Virus record (IMG/VR): IMGVR_UViG_3300005573_000006
Coordinates: 27,308 to 91,307 of that record
Length of the DNA: 64,000 nucleotides
Reading direction: 5' to 3' (one strand)
DNA from: a virus
The translations under genes and the position numbers were made by a program. The notes under the pieces were generated by a model that was not told where the DNA came from, searched no databases, and saw nothing but the letters and a program-made list of their open reading frames with translations. Each line of letters begins with the position of its first letter. Position 1 is the stretch's first letter. This document shows, in pieces, positions 1 through 10,989 of the stretch.

Positions 1-164
1 ATTATTTGTTGCGGTGTTTGTGGTTGGACTACTTGCTGTTTTAATATTTGGTCTATATCATTTATTGATGGCGCAAAACCATTACCAGACATTCTAATCT
101 GGTTAGGTGTTTGAGGAGTAGCTCCCCTATTTAAAATTGTATCTATATCATTAATTGAAGGCAT
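1..164 (-). CDS. Partial virion/ejection-type protein (runs off window start)
   Basis: ATG at 164 overlaps the upstream TAA (TAATG coupling); reads MPSINDIDTILNRG...APSINDIDQILKQQ with an internal PSINDIDxIL repeat; open to position 1. Confidence 0.7.
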   Translation of the reverse strand, partial: MPSINDIDTILNRGATPQTPNQIRMSGNGFAPSINDIDQILKQQVVQPQTPQQI

Positions 165-2830
165 TATTGCGGAATAACAGTATAATTATTATTTTTTAAT
201 ACCTGTACCTGGGATTCATTTAACATTCTGGTTGTAGATCCGTCTGAACCAATAATTTTATATAAACGAGTTCCGGCAACAGATCCGCTACCAGTTGTGC
301 CTATGCTTTGTAAATAAGAATTAAAATTTACTATTGGAGTAGTCATATCATTTGGATCGGCAGTGATTCTATTTCCAAATAGATTCCAATCATATTTATC
401 ACCTTTACTAATAGCTTTTTTAATATCCGCATCGTTAACATCTAGGTTATTTTTTATAGCTATTTCTCGATACTGAGATTCTGTATATCCACCACCATAC
501 TGATTTGCAAAATTTATGAACGCAGTTTTTATACTAGCAGGAGTAGGCAATTTGCTGCCTTCAACTGGATATGTACCAGGTCCGGTTGGTTTAGTTGCTG
601 AAATTAAACTTACTTCACCGGTTATGGGATTTGTATACCACGTATAAACAACATTACTATCACTACCACCAGGTTCAGCATAACCAGGAACTGTGCCTAT
701 TTCTATTTGTCTACCATCACTGGTCACTCCATAAGTATGCATTACACCATTAGCATCAATATCATGAAATATTGTTTGATATTTAGTACCAGATATTTTA
801 CTTATCTTACTGATCAAAGACGCAGGATAAGTACCGTTTTTATTAATATAATCAAATTCCGCCTGTGTAATATCTTTTAACATTTCTGGATTTGATGCCA
901 AAAACTGAAGTGCTTGACGCGCATTATCCGCTTCCTTATCTATTCTTTCCTGTAACTTATCATAAGCATTCTGTAAATCATTAAGCTGGTTTCTATAAAT
1001 ATTATATTGGGTTATTTGGTCGCTTAACCTTGTAGTAACCGTCGCTTCTGCTTTTGCAATTGCATTATTTATAGAATCTAATTGACGCGTCAAAGCGGCA
1101 ACCTGTGAAGTTTGTTTATTAGATAGTAACTGTAGTCTTTTATTTTTAATGGTCTGGGTTATATCCGGATTTTCATCATTTTCACCAATAAGTTTATCAT
1201 AAGCATTATAAATAGCATCTATTCTTTTTTGTATTGTATTTCTATCAGCATATAGTTTATCTAAACCAAGTTCAGAAGTAAGTTCAGCTCTTATCTGTTC
1301 AATGGTTTTACCAACAAAAGGATCTTTAGCGGTAAGTGCATCAATTTGTTCTTGCAATTTATTTGCTTTTTTCTGTAATTCAGAATCTTCCCCATTATAT
1401 ACTAATTGGGGCAATGGAGAAGGGGTTGTTTTTTCTGGAATCCAATCTGCATTCAATCCCAAAGATTTAAATGTAGCAAGATCTATTTTGTTACCATTAG
1501 AATCGTATATATCATAACCACCAGGGTTATCTGCCGTAACAGGAACTTTTACTTTATAAAAGTCTCTTGCCTGTGCTGCTTGATTGTCTTTATAATTTAT
1601 TTGTGGATTATAATAAACACTTCCGATAATATCATCAATACGCTGATTAAATCCGGCGGCTGTCCCAACGTTTTCTGGAACGGTAGTAATACCCCTTGAT
1701 ATTTCTCTAGTACTAGGGATTGTTGTATCAATAGTTGGTGTGGCGGTAGTTGTTAATGGATGTCCCCAAGTATCTATAGACACCTTGTTAGCAATGGCTT
1801 TTTGTTCTGGAGTTAATTGATTAACATCAATGGTCGGTATTGTTTCAAACCATCCGGGATTTTTATTAAGCCCGGTTGAGGCAAGATCTTTTTCTTCTAT
1901 ATGTTTAAACATTCCCCCAGTGGTTTCATATATATCTAAGCCTATTTTACCAAAAGTTCTGGTGGTAGGCGTTGTTGTATATCCTTCACCAGGACTAAAG
2001 ATACCAGGTTTATTATATGTTTGTTCAAATCCTGCACTTGGTGCTTGAACTCCGCCCATTGCACTACTGGTTAATGGTGTAGTTGTTTGCGTCCCCATTG
2101 CAGCAACGCTAAAGGGATTAAATGATTGTCCTGTTTGTGCTTGTGCAAGAGATACTGTTTGTCCTGGTTGTACAAAATTTGCATTTATTCCAAGCCGTTT
2201 AAATGCAGAACCAGGATCTGCACTATTAAGTTTTATATATTGTCCATCAGAAGTAGTAACATAAAAATTATTACCTTCTCTAGAAACAGATATAACATTT
2301 TGTGGCGTAATATTAGACTGTATTAAATCCACCGTCGGCGTTGGCTGTCCGGAAGTTGTTGGTTGTTGTATAAATTGTTGACTATAAGTAGGAATTGTTG
2401 AACCAGTTATATCTGCCATAGTTTGAGTTTTTGGGATCGATGAAACTGATATTGGTTGTGAACCTGCAATATTTAATTCTTTAGCCTTTTGGGGATCAGT
2501 ATAAGGATTAACCATACCAGGAGCTATTTGAGCAGGTTGAACACCCGCCTTCAAGGCAGCTGCTAATTGTTGATTATATGCTTGTTGAGCCAAGTCTTCT
2601 GGAGTCATACCAAATATAGAATCGTAAGCACTTTTAGTATATGTTTTTCCTCCTCTTATGACATAGATATTTCCCTCGCCACCTGTCCATTTATCGCCTT
2701 CATAATAAATAGGAGTGTCTGGATTAGTCCCCATCGCCTCTAATTCACGCACTCTTGCAAGACTGGCAGCTTGCTGCTCTCGTTCAGAAGCATTTGGATC
2801 GTATGCATCTTTTAGTTTAATTATTTCCAT
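164..2830 (-). CDS. Putative internal virion / DNA ejection protein
   Basis: 888 aa, Q/T/P-rich N-half and long coiled-coil C-half, downstream of tail genes as in podovirus ejection-protein blocks. Confidence 0.55.
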   Translation of the reverse strand: MEIIKLKDAYDPNASEREQQAASLARVRELEAMGTNPDTPIYYEGDKWTGGEGNIYVIRGGKTYTKSAYDSIFGMTPEDLAQQAYNQQLAAALKAGVQPAQIAPGMVNPYTDPQKAKELNIAGSQPISVSSIPKTQTMADITGSTIPTYSQQFIQQPTTSGQPTPTVDLIQSNITPQNVISVSREGNNFYVTTSDGQYIKLNSADPGSAFKRLGINANFVQPGQTVSLAQAQTGQSFNPFSVAAMGTQTTTPLTSSAMGGVQAPSAGFEQTYNKPGIFSPGEGYTTTPTTRTFGKIGLDIYETTGGMFKHIEEKDLASTGLNKNPGWFETIPTIDVNQLTPEQKAIANKVSIDTWGHPLTTTATPTIDTTIPSTREISRGITTVPENVGTAAGFNQRIDDIIGSVYYNPQINYKDNQAAQARDFYKVKVPVTADNPGGYDIYDSNGNKIDLATFKSLGLNADWIPEKTTPSPLPQLVYNGEDSELQKKANKLQEQIDALTAKDPFVGKTIEQIRAELTSELGLDKLYADRNTIQKRIDAIYNAYDKLIGENDENPDITQTIKNKRLQLLSNKQTSQVAALTRQLDSINNAIAKAEATVTTRLSDQITQYNIYRNQLNDLQNAYDKLQERIDKEADNARQALQFLASNPEMLKDITQAEFDYINKNGTYPASLISKISKISGTKYQTIFHDIDANGVMHTYGVTSDGRQIEIGTVPGYAEPGGSDSNVVYTWYTNPITGEVSLISATKPTGPGTYPVEGSKLPTPASIKTAFINFANQYGGGYTESQYREIAIKNNLDVNDADIKKAISKGDKYDWNLFGNRITADPNDMTTPIVNFNSYLQSIGTTGSGSVAGTRLYKIIGSDGSTTRMLNESQVQVLKNNNYTVIPQ

Positions 2831-2836
2831 TTTATT

Positions 2837-5800
2837 TTATGCTATTAAATTATTTTCTGCGACCAGGAATTCACCAGCAGCGCCTCCGCCTCCTCCACCA
2901 GCCTGATTATTTGCTCCAGCGGTACCACCAGATCCTCCAGTAAGACCACTACTACCATTTTGGGCTGCGCCTGAACCAACATATCCTCCATTACCACCCT
3001 TACCATTCAATCCACCGCCACCTCCGCCACCTGTTCCACCCCACGAGCTTCCAATAGTACCACCATCACCTCCGTTGCCACCCGTTACGATATAAGTTCC
3101 AGTATTAGCAGTAAGGGTTCTATATAAAATTAAAATATGTCCTCCCGCTCCTCCACCTCCACCACCGCTAGCTTCACCCCATGCACTTGTTCCATTTGCC
3201 CCATTCCCTCCAGAAGCATCTATTGTTCCTGTAATATTTAAACTATCATTACACTCTATTAATAAAGCCCCGCCGCCCCTTCCTCCTGCTCCGCTGGGTG
3301 CATTAGTGGATCCGCTTCCGCTACCGCCACCAGGGCCAGATGTAAATTCAACAAATTTTCTATAATTTCTTGATGCTTTAAAAGGATAAAGCCCTGAAAT
3401 ACTAAATTGGACACCACCGGCGCCAACGACTGCTCCGCCACTAGTTCCCCCAACCCCGCCTCTTCCCGCTACAAGGGCTGTGTCAAGCATATCTCTATGT
3501 GCTAAACCTTCATTACCATTACCTGTTGACGATGCTCCACCCTTGCCTCCTAAATTTCTTAAATCAATAGCTCTTGTGGCTGATGATGTAATCGTTACAT
3601 TACCCTTTGATTTAAGAACAATCTTCGTTCCGTTGTTGTGAGGATTACTAAAAGTAAGAGCACCAGTTCCACTTATCGTTATACTTGTATAATTCTTTTC
3701 AAAATATTCTGCTCCACCTAAATCAATATTTGTTGTTCCAGAAGTAATACTTAATGCCCCGTCAGAACCATTGCCGCCAAAAGTTGCTTTTCCTAATGTC
3801 GGAACATTATCGGCAAATACTTCAAGAATACCAGCAGAATTATCCCATTTAGCGTAGTTTCCAGTAGTCTCATTGCCCATAATTACATCTCCAACATCGG
3901 TTCCTCCGACCATTGCTTTAAACACATTATCCCCGGCATTATCAATTACTTGTATTCCAGTATTGGTATCTGGAAAGATACGAACTCTTGCTCCTGAAGA
4001 CGCCGAGTCATAAGTTCCACCGACTTTTGCTGTTTTGGTAGTTGGGTCGTATCCAGAATCAAAAGTTGTAGCTCCGCTTATTGTAATATTATCAGCATCA
4101 ATCTTAATTCCTTCTGTCGAAGCGTTAATTGAAGCAATTACATTTGTTGTTTGTACTGGGGTGAAGTTAAGTTGTGAAAGGGTTACTGTATTTGTTGATA
4201 TTTGTCCTCCATCTATTTTGGTTAAATCGCCTGTTTTTCTCCAATTAGAAAGATAAGTTGTGCCGTCTATTAAGACTTTTGAGCCAGCAATACTTAATAT
4301 ATTATCCGAAGTAATAGTATTTGTCGCTATTTCATTAGAAGTAATAGTTCCGGCGTGAATATTCCCAGCCACAATAGTATTAGCTGCAATTTCATTAGAT
4401 GTAATAGTAGCAGCGGCAATTTGCGCATTAGTGATAGAACGATTTTCAATATCTCCGCCAGTTATCGCAACTCCACCAGACCCTCCAAATACTTGAAAAG
4501 TGGCTTCTGTGGTTGATTTTTGCGCTACCGCTATTAAAACCTTTCCATCTCCAACCGCATTAGTGGCAGTGGTTGTTATTTGGTAAGCAGTAGTTGAAAC
4601 TGCAATATCTAAATAAATATAAGTTATTGCAGTCATATTGCCGGTATTGCCCGCTGAAATAGAATACGAAGTTCCTGCCGCGGTTGTAAAAGTTCCAGCT
4701 CCCCAACTAACAGTATCTGCATCGGTAGAACTAAATACGCAAGTTTGCGTCCATCCCTGAGAAGCAATGTTAGTATCGCTTGAAACTACATTTCTTGGAG
4801 TAGCCGATGCTACTGTTGAAAACGAAGCCGACACATTGCCCGAAGTATCTACTGCTTTAACCCAGTAATAATAAATCTGACCGCCAGTTCTTCCTCCGTC
4901 TATAAAATAATTGGTTCGGCAATTTCCTATCAAAGTGGCAGTCTCGCTATTGTTTGTTGTATTTCTGTAGATATTATACGAAGCTAAATCGCTTTCGGTG
5001 TTATGTGTCCACTGAACTATCACATATTGTATTCCAGCTGTTGCTGAAACTCCCGTAACGGTAGCCGGAGCAGTTGAATCAGAAGGGGTTGTTTGTATAA
5101 TATCAGATGAAAAAGCTGAAGATGTCCCGTATTTATTTACCGAACAAACACCGAAGTTATACGAAACATTAGGCGTTAATCCTTCAATAGTTATTGTGTT
5201 CGTAGTGGCTGGAATATAGGTGTAATAAGTAAGTGCCGCTTTCTTATATCTAACCAAATAGTGGTCAAAAGTGTTTGAAGAAATCGCATTCCAAGTAAGA
5301 ACGACATAGGCCGATTGCGAACCGTCCGAACCTGTTGAAATACCACCAGTGGAATATGTTAATCCGGTAGGAACGCTATCTGCGGTTGAAGTGGCAACAT
5401 AACTTATTTGAGTTCCGGTTATTCCGGCAATCGTAGATGTTCCGTCTATTACACCTCCAGTAATATTTATACTAGAAAACGTGGCATCACCATTACTAGA
5501 TATTTTTGCTGGTGCAGAATCAAATGTTGCTGCTCCAAGCCACATATTACCATTTATGTCAACATGGAAAGAAGTAGAATCAGAACCTCCTATATCTATT
5601 GTACTGGCAGATAATGCTCCAGAAAAAGTACCACTATTAAATTCAACATCTCCGTTTTCGTCTATTTTCCATCCGTCACTTCCGGATTTATAGTTTGGGG
5701 ACATTATAGAAGAACTAGTGGTTTGATATGGTGCCGCATTTTTAATATTTAAAATCTGGTCCTCTAATAAGGATACTCTTTTTTCAAGCAATACTGTTTT

Positions 5801-5845
5801 ATCTTCCTCGTAAATACTGCGTATTTTTATTTCGTCTTTATCCAT
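2837..5845 (-). CDS. Tail fibre / receptor-binding protein with two fibronectin type III-like domains and a Gly-rich C-terminal domain
   Basis: SPNYKSGSDGWKIDENGDVEFN tail-fibre motif; Fn3-like segments (LTWNA...YLVRYK...GLTPNVSYNFGV; VQWTHN...YNIYRN...YYYWVKAVD); ITxxxIAAxTIT repeats; GGxGGxG C-terminus. Confidence 0.8.
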   Translation of the reverse strand: MDKDEIKIRSIYEEDKTVLLEKRVSLLEDQILNIKNAAPYQTTSSSIMSPNYKSGSDGWKIDENGDVEFNSGTFSGALSASTIDIGGSDSTSFHVDINGNMWLGAATFDSAPAKISSNGDATFSSINITGGVIDGTSTIAGITGTQISYVATSTADSVPTGLTYSTGGISTGSDGSQSAYVVLTWNAISSNTFDHYLVRYKKAALTYYTYIPATTNTITIEGLTPNVSYNFGVCSVNKYGTSSAFSSDIIQTTPSDSTAPATVTGVSATAGIQYVIVQWTHNTESDLASYNIYRNTTNNSETATLIGNCRTNYFIDGGRTGGQIYYYWVKAVDTSGNVSASFSTVASATPRNVVSSDTNIASQGWTQTCVFSSTDADTVSWGAGTFTTAAGTSYSISAGNTGNMTAITYIYLDIAVSTTAYQITTTATNAVGDGKVLIAVAQKSTTEATFQVFGGSGGVAITGGDIENRSITNAQIAAATITSNEIAANTIVAGNIHAGTITSNEIATNTITSDNILSIAGSKVLIDGTTYLSNWRKTGDLTKIDGGQISTNTVTLSQLNFTPVQTTNVIASINASTEGIKIDADNITISGATTFDSGYDPTTKTAKVGGTYDSASSGARVRIFPDTNTGIQVIDNAGDNVFKAMVGGTDVGDVIMGNETTGNYAKWDNSAGILEVFADNVPTLGKATFGGNGSDGALSITSGTTNIDLGGAEYFEKNYTSITISGTGALTFSNPHNNGTKIVLKSKGNVTITSSATRAIDLRNLGGKGGASSTGNGNEGLAHRDMLDTALVAGRGGVGGTSGGAVVGAGGVQFSISGLYPFKASRNYRKFVEFTSGPGGGSGSGSTNAPSGAGGRGGGALLIECNDSLNITGTIDASGGNGANGTSAWGEASGGGGGGAGGHILILYRTLTANTGTYIVTGGNGGDGGTIGSSWGGTGGGGGGGLNGKGGNGGYVGSGAAQNGSSGLTGGSGGTAGANNQAGGGGGGAAGEFLVAENNLIA

Positions 5846-7796
5846 AAATTGATGTTGTTCTACTTAATAATCCTAATGATATTAATATGGGTCTTGCAAT
5901 TGAACCATTGCTTTCCATTGTAACCTTCGCTTGTAATGTTCTACCAACCAAAGATGTCCAGTCTCTTTTCCAATAAGTATCGCCAGTTCCTCCATCATGT
6001 AACTGATCATTACTGCTAGTTAATGAGTTTACAGAATTTGTATCATAAGATGTGGCATTGTCTACTTTGGCAGATATACCAATTGAACAATTCGCTGCTA
6101 ATGGTTTTGATACTATTAAAAAACCAGTCCATTCTTTCAAAAATTCTGGTTTACCACCATCTACAAACACTGTTTCTATAACAGCATTAGAACTATATCT
6201 TGGACTATTGTTGCCTTCAAGTTTTATACTCGTAGCAACTGTATCATCTACAAATGCACCATAAATATTTGGTCCTGCTCCAAAAACAGCATATGGAATA
6301 TGAACAGAATAATCACTAACATTAAATCTACGTCCCAATACTAATGCAAATGGACTGTTGGCATCAAATCTGCCAAATTCATATAATCCTGTTTTATCGG
6401 TTTTCCACAATCCAAAATATACCCTATCGTTTGCCACAAATTTACATGCATCTGGAATAACTGGTTGATCATCTGTTTCTGTCTCAACATTTGATAAATT
6501 ATTTACCAAAATAGTGCCACCATCCGTTAATCTATATATAAATAGTTTACCATTTTGCGCACAAAATACAAATGGTATTTCTTGATAATTAACAATTATT
6601 TGTGGGCCACCCATCGGTATGTTTTTAACATCTACTGGTTGCTCATAACTTGACAAATCCCAATATATCACTTTAGAATAATTTAGTTTAGAATTTATAC
6701 TTCTTGTTAATATTCCCAAAAAGTTACCAAATATATCTGCACTAATCGCATCCCAGCCGTTTGGCAACGTAAATCTCTTTTCAATAAATTGTCCATCTAT
6801 ATCTATTTCAGAAATATATTGACCATTTAATATGTAAAGCCCTCCGTATGCTTCTATCATAGCAATACGATCCGTTGCCTTGCCAAGTCCAGGAAGTGTC
6901 ATTGTTGTATTTGTCTGATCTACTTGCGATTCATTTGTAGCAGAAGACAATGTTCCTAGTTTTGTTAAAGTATTTGTATCATCAACATAATATAAATAAC
7001 TTACCCTTGCATACATTGTACTGGTAGTATCATCAGCGCCAGAATTGGGGACAGTATATGTAAAAGTTTTTGCCCCCGTAACAGTTATTGTAAAAGTTCC
7101 ATTAAATTCTTTTGTAGACGATCCAACTATAACAACAACATCGTTGTTTGTCAACAAATGATTATTAGTCGTTGTAGCAGTGGCAGTTGTTGTAACCCTT
7201 GTAATGCTATCAATTGCAATTTGATGTTGATGCCTTGCTATTGGTGACTGCCAGTTAAAATTATAAGATGAAGTTTTAAATACCGCCCATGCACCCGGAG
7301 TATCGGCGCTGGCATTTGTTTTTTTCCATATCTTTATCTTTGGTGTACCAGCCCCATCGTTACTTAAAGCAAATAAGTTATCATTTTCATCAAGAGTATA
7401 TCCTATTGTCTCATAAGGCATTACAGACATATACATAGTTCCGGTCGCTGGTGAAGTTGGAGATCCGCTAACTGTAAATGTAAAAACAGTATCATTTACA
7501 ACTGTAACAGTTTTAGTTCCATTATACTCTGACTGATCCGAACCAAATATAGTTACAACATCATTTGTTGTTAATCCATGGGCAGTAGATGTAGTAACCG
7601 TTGCCGTTGTTCCAGATCTTGTTATGCTACTAATCAGAAAATCGCCACGAAATATTGTATTCGGAGTAACAGAACTTTTATTAGAAAATATATCAACCTC
7701 TTCCATATTTAAATGGACGCCCTCAGTAGTATCTCTTTCGTTTGTAGTAATACCACCATAAAATTTATTTATACGATTTAGTATTTCATCTGCCAT
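5838..7796 (-). CDS. Tail stabilisation/nozzle-type structural protein with two inserted Thr-rich beta-repeat domains
   Basis: INKFYGGIT N-terminus; two copies of ITRxxTTATxTTxxxHxLTxNDVVxIxGSxxxExNGTxTxTV; predicted beta-rich; position in tail block. Confidence 0.6.
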   Translation of the reverse strand: MADEILNRINKFYGGITTNERDTTEGVHLNMEEVDIFSNKSSVTPNTIFRGDFLISSITRSGTTATVTTSTAHGLTTNDVVTIFGSDQSEYNGTKTVTVVNDTVFTFTVSGSPTSPATGTMYMSVMPYETIGYTLDENDNLFALSNDGAGTPKIKIWKKTNASADTPGAWAVFKTSSYNFNWQSPIARHQHQIAIDSITRVTTTATATTTNNHLLTNNDVVVIVGSSTKEFNGTFTITVTGAKTFTYTVPNSGADDTTSTMYARVSYLYYVDDTNTLTKLGTLSSATNESQVDQTNTTMTLPGLGKATDRIAMIEAYGGLYILNGQYISEIDIDGQFIEKRFTLPNGWDAISADIFGNFLGILTRSINSKLNYSKVIYWDLSSYEQPVDVKNIPMGGPQIIVNYQEIPFVFCAQNGKLFIYRLTDGGTILVNNLSNVETETDDQPVIPDACKFVANDRVYFGLWKTDKTGLYEFGRFDANSPFALVLGRRFNVSDYSVHIPYAVFGAGPNIYGAFVDDTVATSIKLEGNNSPRYSSNAVIETVFVDGGKPEFLKEWTGFLIVSKPLAANCSIGISAKVDNATSYDTNSVNSLTSSNDQLHDGGTGDTYWKRDWTSLVGRTLQAKVTMESNGSIARPILISLGLLSRTTSIYG

Positions 7797-7804
7797 TGCT
7801 TATT

Positions 7805-8110
7805 TTAAACTGAACTTTTAGTATATTGTTGTGTTTTAGAATAATCAAGTTTGGGTTTTGGAAGTCTTTTTATAAGATCGTGGTTTGGTAAAGTGGGCAA
7901 CATATTTGATGAAAAAGAATAAGGATTGGGAAGCCCCGTTGATTTCGTGGCCCAGTTATTATATCCACTTTCTACCTCCCACGCTCTTTGCTGTTCTGGG
8001 GACACGTTTTTATATCCTCCACCGCCATAATCATGAAAGGATATTCCCTGATATGAAGGATTTGGATTTGATAGTTGTTTATTTGGTTTTATATCTTCCA
8101 CTCGCAACAT
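7805..8110 (-). CDS. Hypothetical protein
   Basis: 101-aa ORF in operon orientation, preceded by a TGtTATAAT extended -10. Confidence 0.6.
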   Translation of the reverse strand: MLRVEDIKPNKQLSNPNPSYQGISFHDYGGGGYKNVSPEQQRAWEVESGYNNWATKSTGLPNPYSFSSNMLPTLPNHDLIKRLPKPKLDYSKTQQYTKSSV

Positions 8111-8141
8111 AATTGTATTTAATTATATTATAACACAAATA

Positions 8142-8894
8142 CTAACTATTTTCAAATAGTTCTATTATTTCTTTTGGCGCGGGTGAATAAACTGCTTTAC
8201 TTTGTTCTATTCCTTGTGGTCTAACTATCATATTAGACCCTGGTTCCCATTTACTCCATACATTTACATACCAAGAAGTTAAATCATTTATTGTATCCGC
8301 ATGTTCATAACTGGTCAATTTTTGCAATATTTGTTCATCTGTTCTGACATATGAAAAATGATGACTAGTTATGTCTATATAAGTAATACAATCTTTAGTA
8401 TTACCATCGCCATTTATATAGTTAGCGTTTCTAGCAAAAGTAAATAATACAGATTTTGGGTCAACAACCAAAATAAATCTGGCAACATCGGTTGGAAATA
8501 ATATATATTCTGGTGTTTTCCAATAAACAATAATATTTTTTGGATAAGCAACTGGAAACCAAGAATCTTTTTGGTTTAATCTTTTTAACAATATCTTCTG
8601 ATCATCTTTTGTAAAAAACTCGTCCGAATCTATGATTAAAACCCAGTCATAATCATATAATCTCGCTAATCCCCAGTTTCTTTGTTCTGATTCGCTTTGC
8701 CATCTTCCCAAAACAGCATCAGCCCCCATTTCTAATGCTATTTCATAAGATTTGTCTCTTTCATAAGTTGGTCCATGCCATGGTTTCTCACTTACTAAAA
8801 CAAGATGTTTGTCAACAACTCCTCGCCAGTTTTTTATACAGGCTTTTAGATTCTTCTCGTCATTGTAACATAATGTTTCAATAGCTATTCGCAT
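8142..8894 (-). CDS. Glycosyltransferase family 2-like (GT-A)
   Basis: TLCYNDE start, QRN motif, WVLIIDSDEF DxD motif, HHFSYVR; likely start MRIAIE at 8894. Confidence 0.8.
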   Translation of the reverse strand: MRIAIETLCYNDEKNLKACIKNWRGVVDKHLVLVSEKPWHGPTYERDKSYEIALEMGADAVLGRWQSESEQRNWGLARLYDYDWVLIIDSDEFFTKDDQKILLKRLNQKDSWFPVAYPKNIIVYWKTPEYILFPTDVARFILVVDPKSVLFTFARNANYINGDGNTKDCITYIDITSHHFSYVRTDEQILQKLTSYEHADTINDLTSWYVNVWSKWEPGSNMIVRPQGIEQSKAVYSPAPKEIIELFENS

Positions 8895-9580
8895 TTTATT
8901 TTCTCTTCCCAATAATCACCTATTAATCTATTTGCTTCTTCTTCTAACCACAACCTGTTTATACCATCATATTCTATATTTCGCTTCGGGTATGATCCAA
9001 ACCAAAAATGATGCACTACATTACCATAAAATGTCCCACATCCATATCCAGATTGTCTAACTGGTAAAAATAGTTTCTTATCTAAAGATTGCGATATCCC
9101 ATAACCAGATTCATGATTAGCAATATTTAATTCTTTTGTAAAATCTGTCCTCATTTTTTCTAGTCCAATTTTTTTCATTTTTTTCATATTGATAATAAAG
9201 AAATTCTGATTAGCAAATCCGGGTGCATTTCTATTTAATCCTTCAAATGGTATTACCTCTTCAACACCAATTAAATCATATTCATTATTTCTTATTTTAT
9301 CTAACATATCATCAATATTTTTTAATAAAAACACATCGTGTTCTATATAAACCGCTATTGGTGTTTTACATTCTTTTGCTAATCCAATGGCAGCATCTAC
9401 CCAAAGATTAGAATGCATATCATGTTTAATAATCTTATATTTAACATCTATCGGTTTATCGTCTTTTTGCTGGCTTATTATTATCTTAGCATTAGAATAA
9501 TATTTTTTGATACTGTCAAGACAGATTTTTAAAAAATCTGGTTGGGCAAAGTAAGTTATTAAAAAAGTTACGTCTTTCAT
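8885..9580 (-). CDS. Glycosyltransferase family 2-like
   Basis: VTFLITYF...LKICLDSI GT-A N-terminus; YIEHDVF (ExD variant); HHFWFGSY. Confidence 0.7.
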   Translation of the reverse strand: MKDVTFLITYFAQPDFLKICLDSIKKYYSNAKIIISQQKDDKPIDVKYKIIKHDMHSNLWVDAAIGLAKECKTPIAVYIEHDVFLLKNIDDMLDKIRNNEYDLIGVEEVIPFEGLNRNAPGFANQNFFIINMKKMKKIGLEKMRTDFTKELNIANHESGYGISQSLDKKLFLPVRQSGYGCGTFYGNVVHHFWFGSYPKRNIEYDGINRLWLEEEANRLIGDYWEEKIKCE

Positions 9581-10392
9581 TTATGTAAATAATTACATTT
9601 TAATGGCCATTTGCCAGCTAATACATTTTTAGTAGCTGCACCATTTCGTTTAAAATGATTTATTTCCCAATCTATAGGTCTTGGATCAAAATCTTGATGA
9701 TAAATACCATAACATTCGTTTTCTCTATCGATATAAATATCATATCCCAACATTTTTGCCCTCAACGCAAAGTTTTTATCTTGACCGCAATATACTATTC
9801 CACATTTTTCTTCCATACCACCAAGTTCTTCTAATATAGTTCTGGGAAAAGCACACCAGTTAAATTCAAAATTTAAATATTGATCCGTGTTTTCTATTTT
9901 TTCTTTAGAGCCACTTTTTCTTTCATCAATTTCTCTAATAATAATATTTTCAGGAAATGTTTCCATTGGTTTTTCAAATATGGTTATTTTACCACAGGGA
10001 TTAATAACCGGTGGAGAATCTATCTTATCTCCCACTCCAGTAAATAATGCATCACCATATGTCCTCCAGTCTTTATAAAATCTTTCTAATGCATTTGGTT
10101 TTATCCATATATAATCTTCTAATACAACTATTAACTCACCACTTGACAGATTAAAACAATCATTATATGCTTCTGGAAGATTCCATACATGATTTTCTTT
10201 TTTAGGACGCGGTTTAAAATGTTTATAGTTAATTTCTTTTACATATTCTTTAACTTCATCTTTCCTTTCTTCATATAGTTCATCGCCAAAGATCCACTCC
10301 ATGTCTTTAAATGTCTGATTTTTTAGAGTATTATAAAATATATCTATAGATCCCCAACGATTAGAAATTGATATTACAGAAATTTTTACCAT
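9577..10392 (-). CDS. Glycosyltransferase family 2
   Basis: KISVISIS, GELIVVLEDY, LGGMEE...QDKNFALRA GT-A motifs. Confidence 0.8.
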   Translation of the reverse strand: MVKISVISISNRWGSIDIFYNTLKNQTFKDMEWIFGDELYEERKDEVKEYVKEINYKHFKPRPKKENHVWNLPEAYNDCFNLSSGELIVVLEDYIWIKPNALERFYKDWRTYGDALFTGVGDKIDSPPVINPCGKITIFEKPMETFPENIIIREIDERKSGSKEKIENTDQYLNFEFNWCAFPRTILEELGGMEEKCGIVYCGQDKNFALRAKMLGYDIYIDRENECYGIYHQDFDPRPIDWEINHFKRNGAATKNVLAGKWPLKCNYLHK

Positions 10393-10410
10393 TTTTAAAA
10401 TATACTATAT

Positions 10411-10980
10411 TTACTTGTTTTTTATTGCCCATAATGCATCTCCCGGTTTAACCCCGTCAGCATTTTCCCATCGATGAAAATTATTAAGAATATCAACCTG
10501 ATAACCTCTTTTCTCAAAATAGTCTGGACTTAATCTAATATGATGTATTTGATATTGATTACTTAAATCTTCGGGAATTCTTAACTTATATTTATTTCGT
10601 TCAATTGGCCCAAAGATCAAAATTCTTTTCAAATTTGGGATTGTTGTTTCAATCTTTTCAAGCAATTTATCAAGATTGTTATAGGTCATATGTTCGGCAA
10701 CATCAAATAACATTACAACATCTGCATCCGGAAAGTCCATTGTTAAAATATTATCAACAATTTTAATATGTTCTTTTGCTTTAATTTTTGATTCATCAAT
10801 TTCATCTAAATATTTTGGCCAAATATCAACGCTAATTAATTTTTTAAACGGAAAATCAAAAATATGTGCTGCGAGAGCTGATGTATAATTTCCCGCACCC
10901 AGATTTAAAACTATAAGTTCTTCAATATTAAGACCTTTTAGTTTTGGAGCTAAAAATAATTGTGGATTAACCGGTAACAC
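10411..10980 (-). CDS. Class I SAM-dependent methyltransferase
   Basis: VLNLGAG motif I, ISVDIW, DVVMLFDVAEHM. Confidence 0.8.
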   Translation of the reverse strand: MLPVNPQLFLAPKLKGLNIEELIVLNLGAGNYTSALAAHIFDFPFKKLISVDIWPKYLDEIDESKIKAKEHIKIVDNILTMDFPDADVVMLFDVAEHMTYNNLDKLLEKIETTIPNLKRILIFGPIERNKYKLRIPEDLSNQYQIHHIRLSPDYFEKRGYQVDILNNFHRWENADGVKPGDALWAIKNK

Positions 10981-10989
10981 AATATTTTA

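Noticed and set aside
2837-5845. Diversity-generating retroelement target in the tail fibre
   Set aside because: No reverse transcriptase or template-repeat/variable-repeat pair seen in the window
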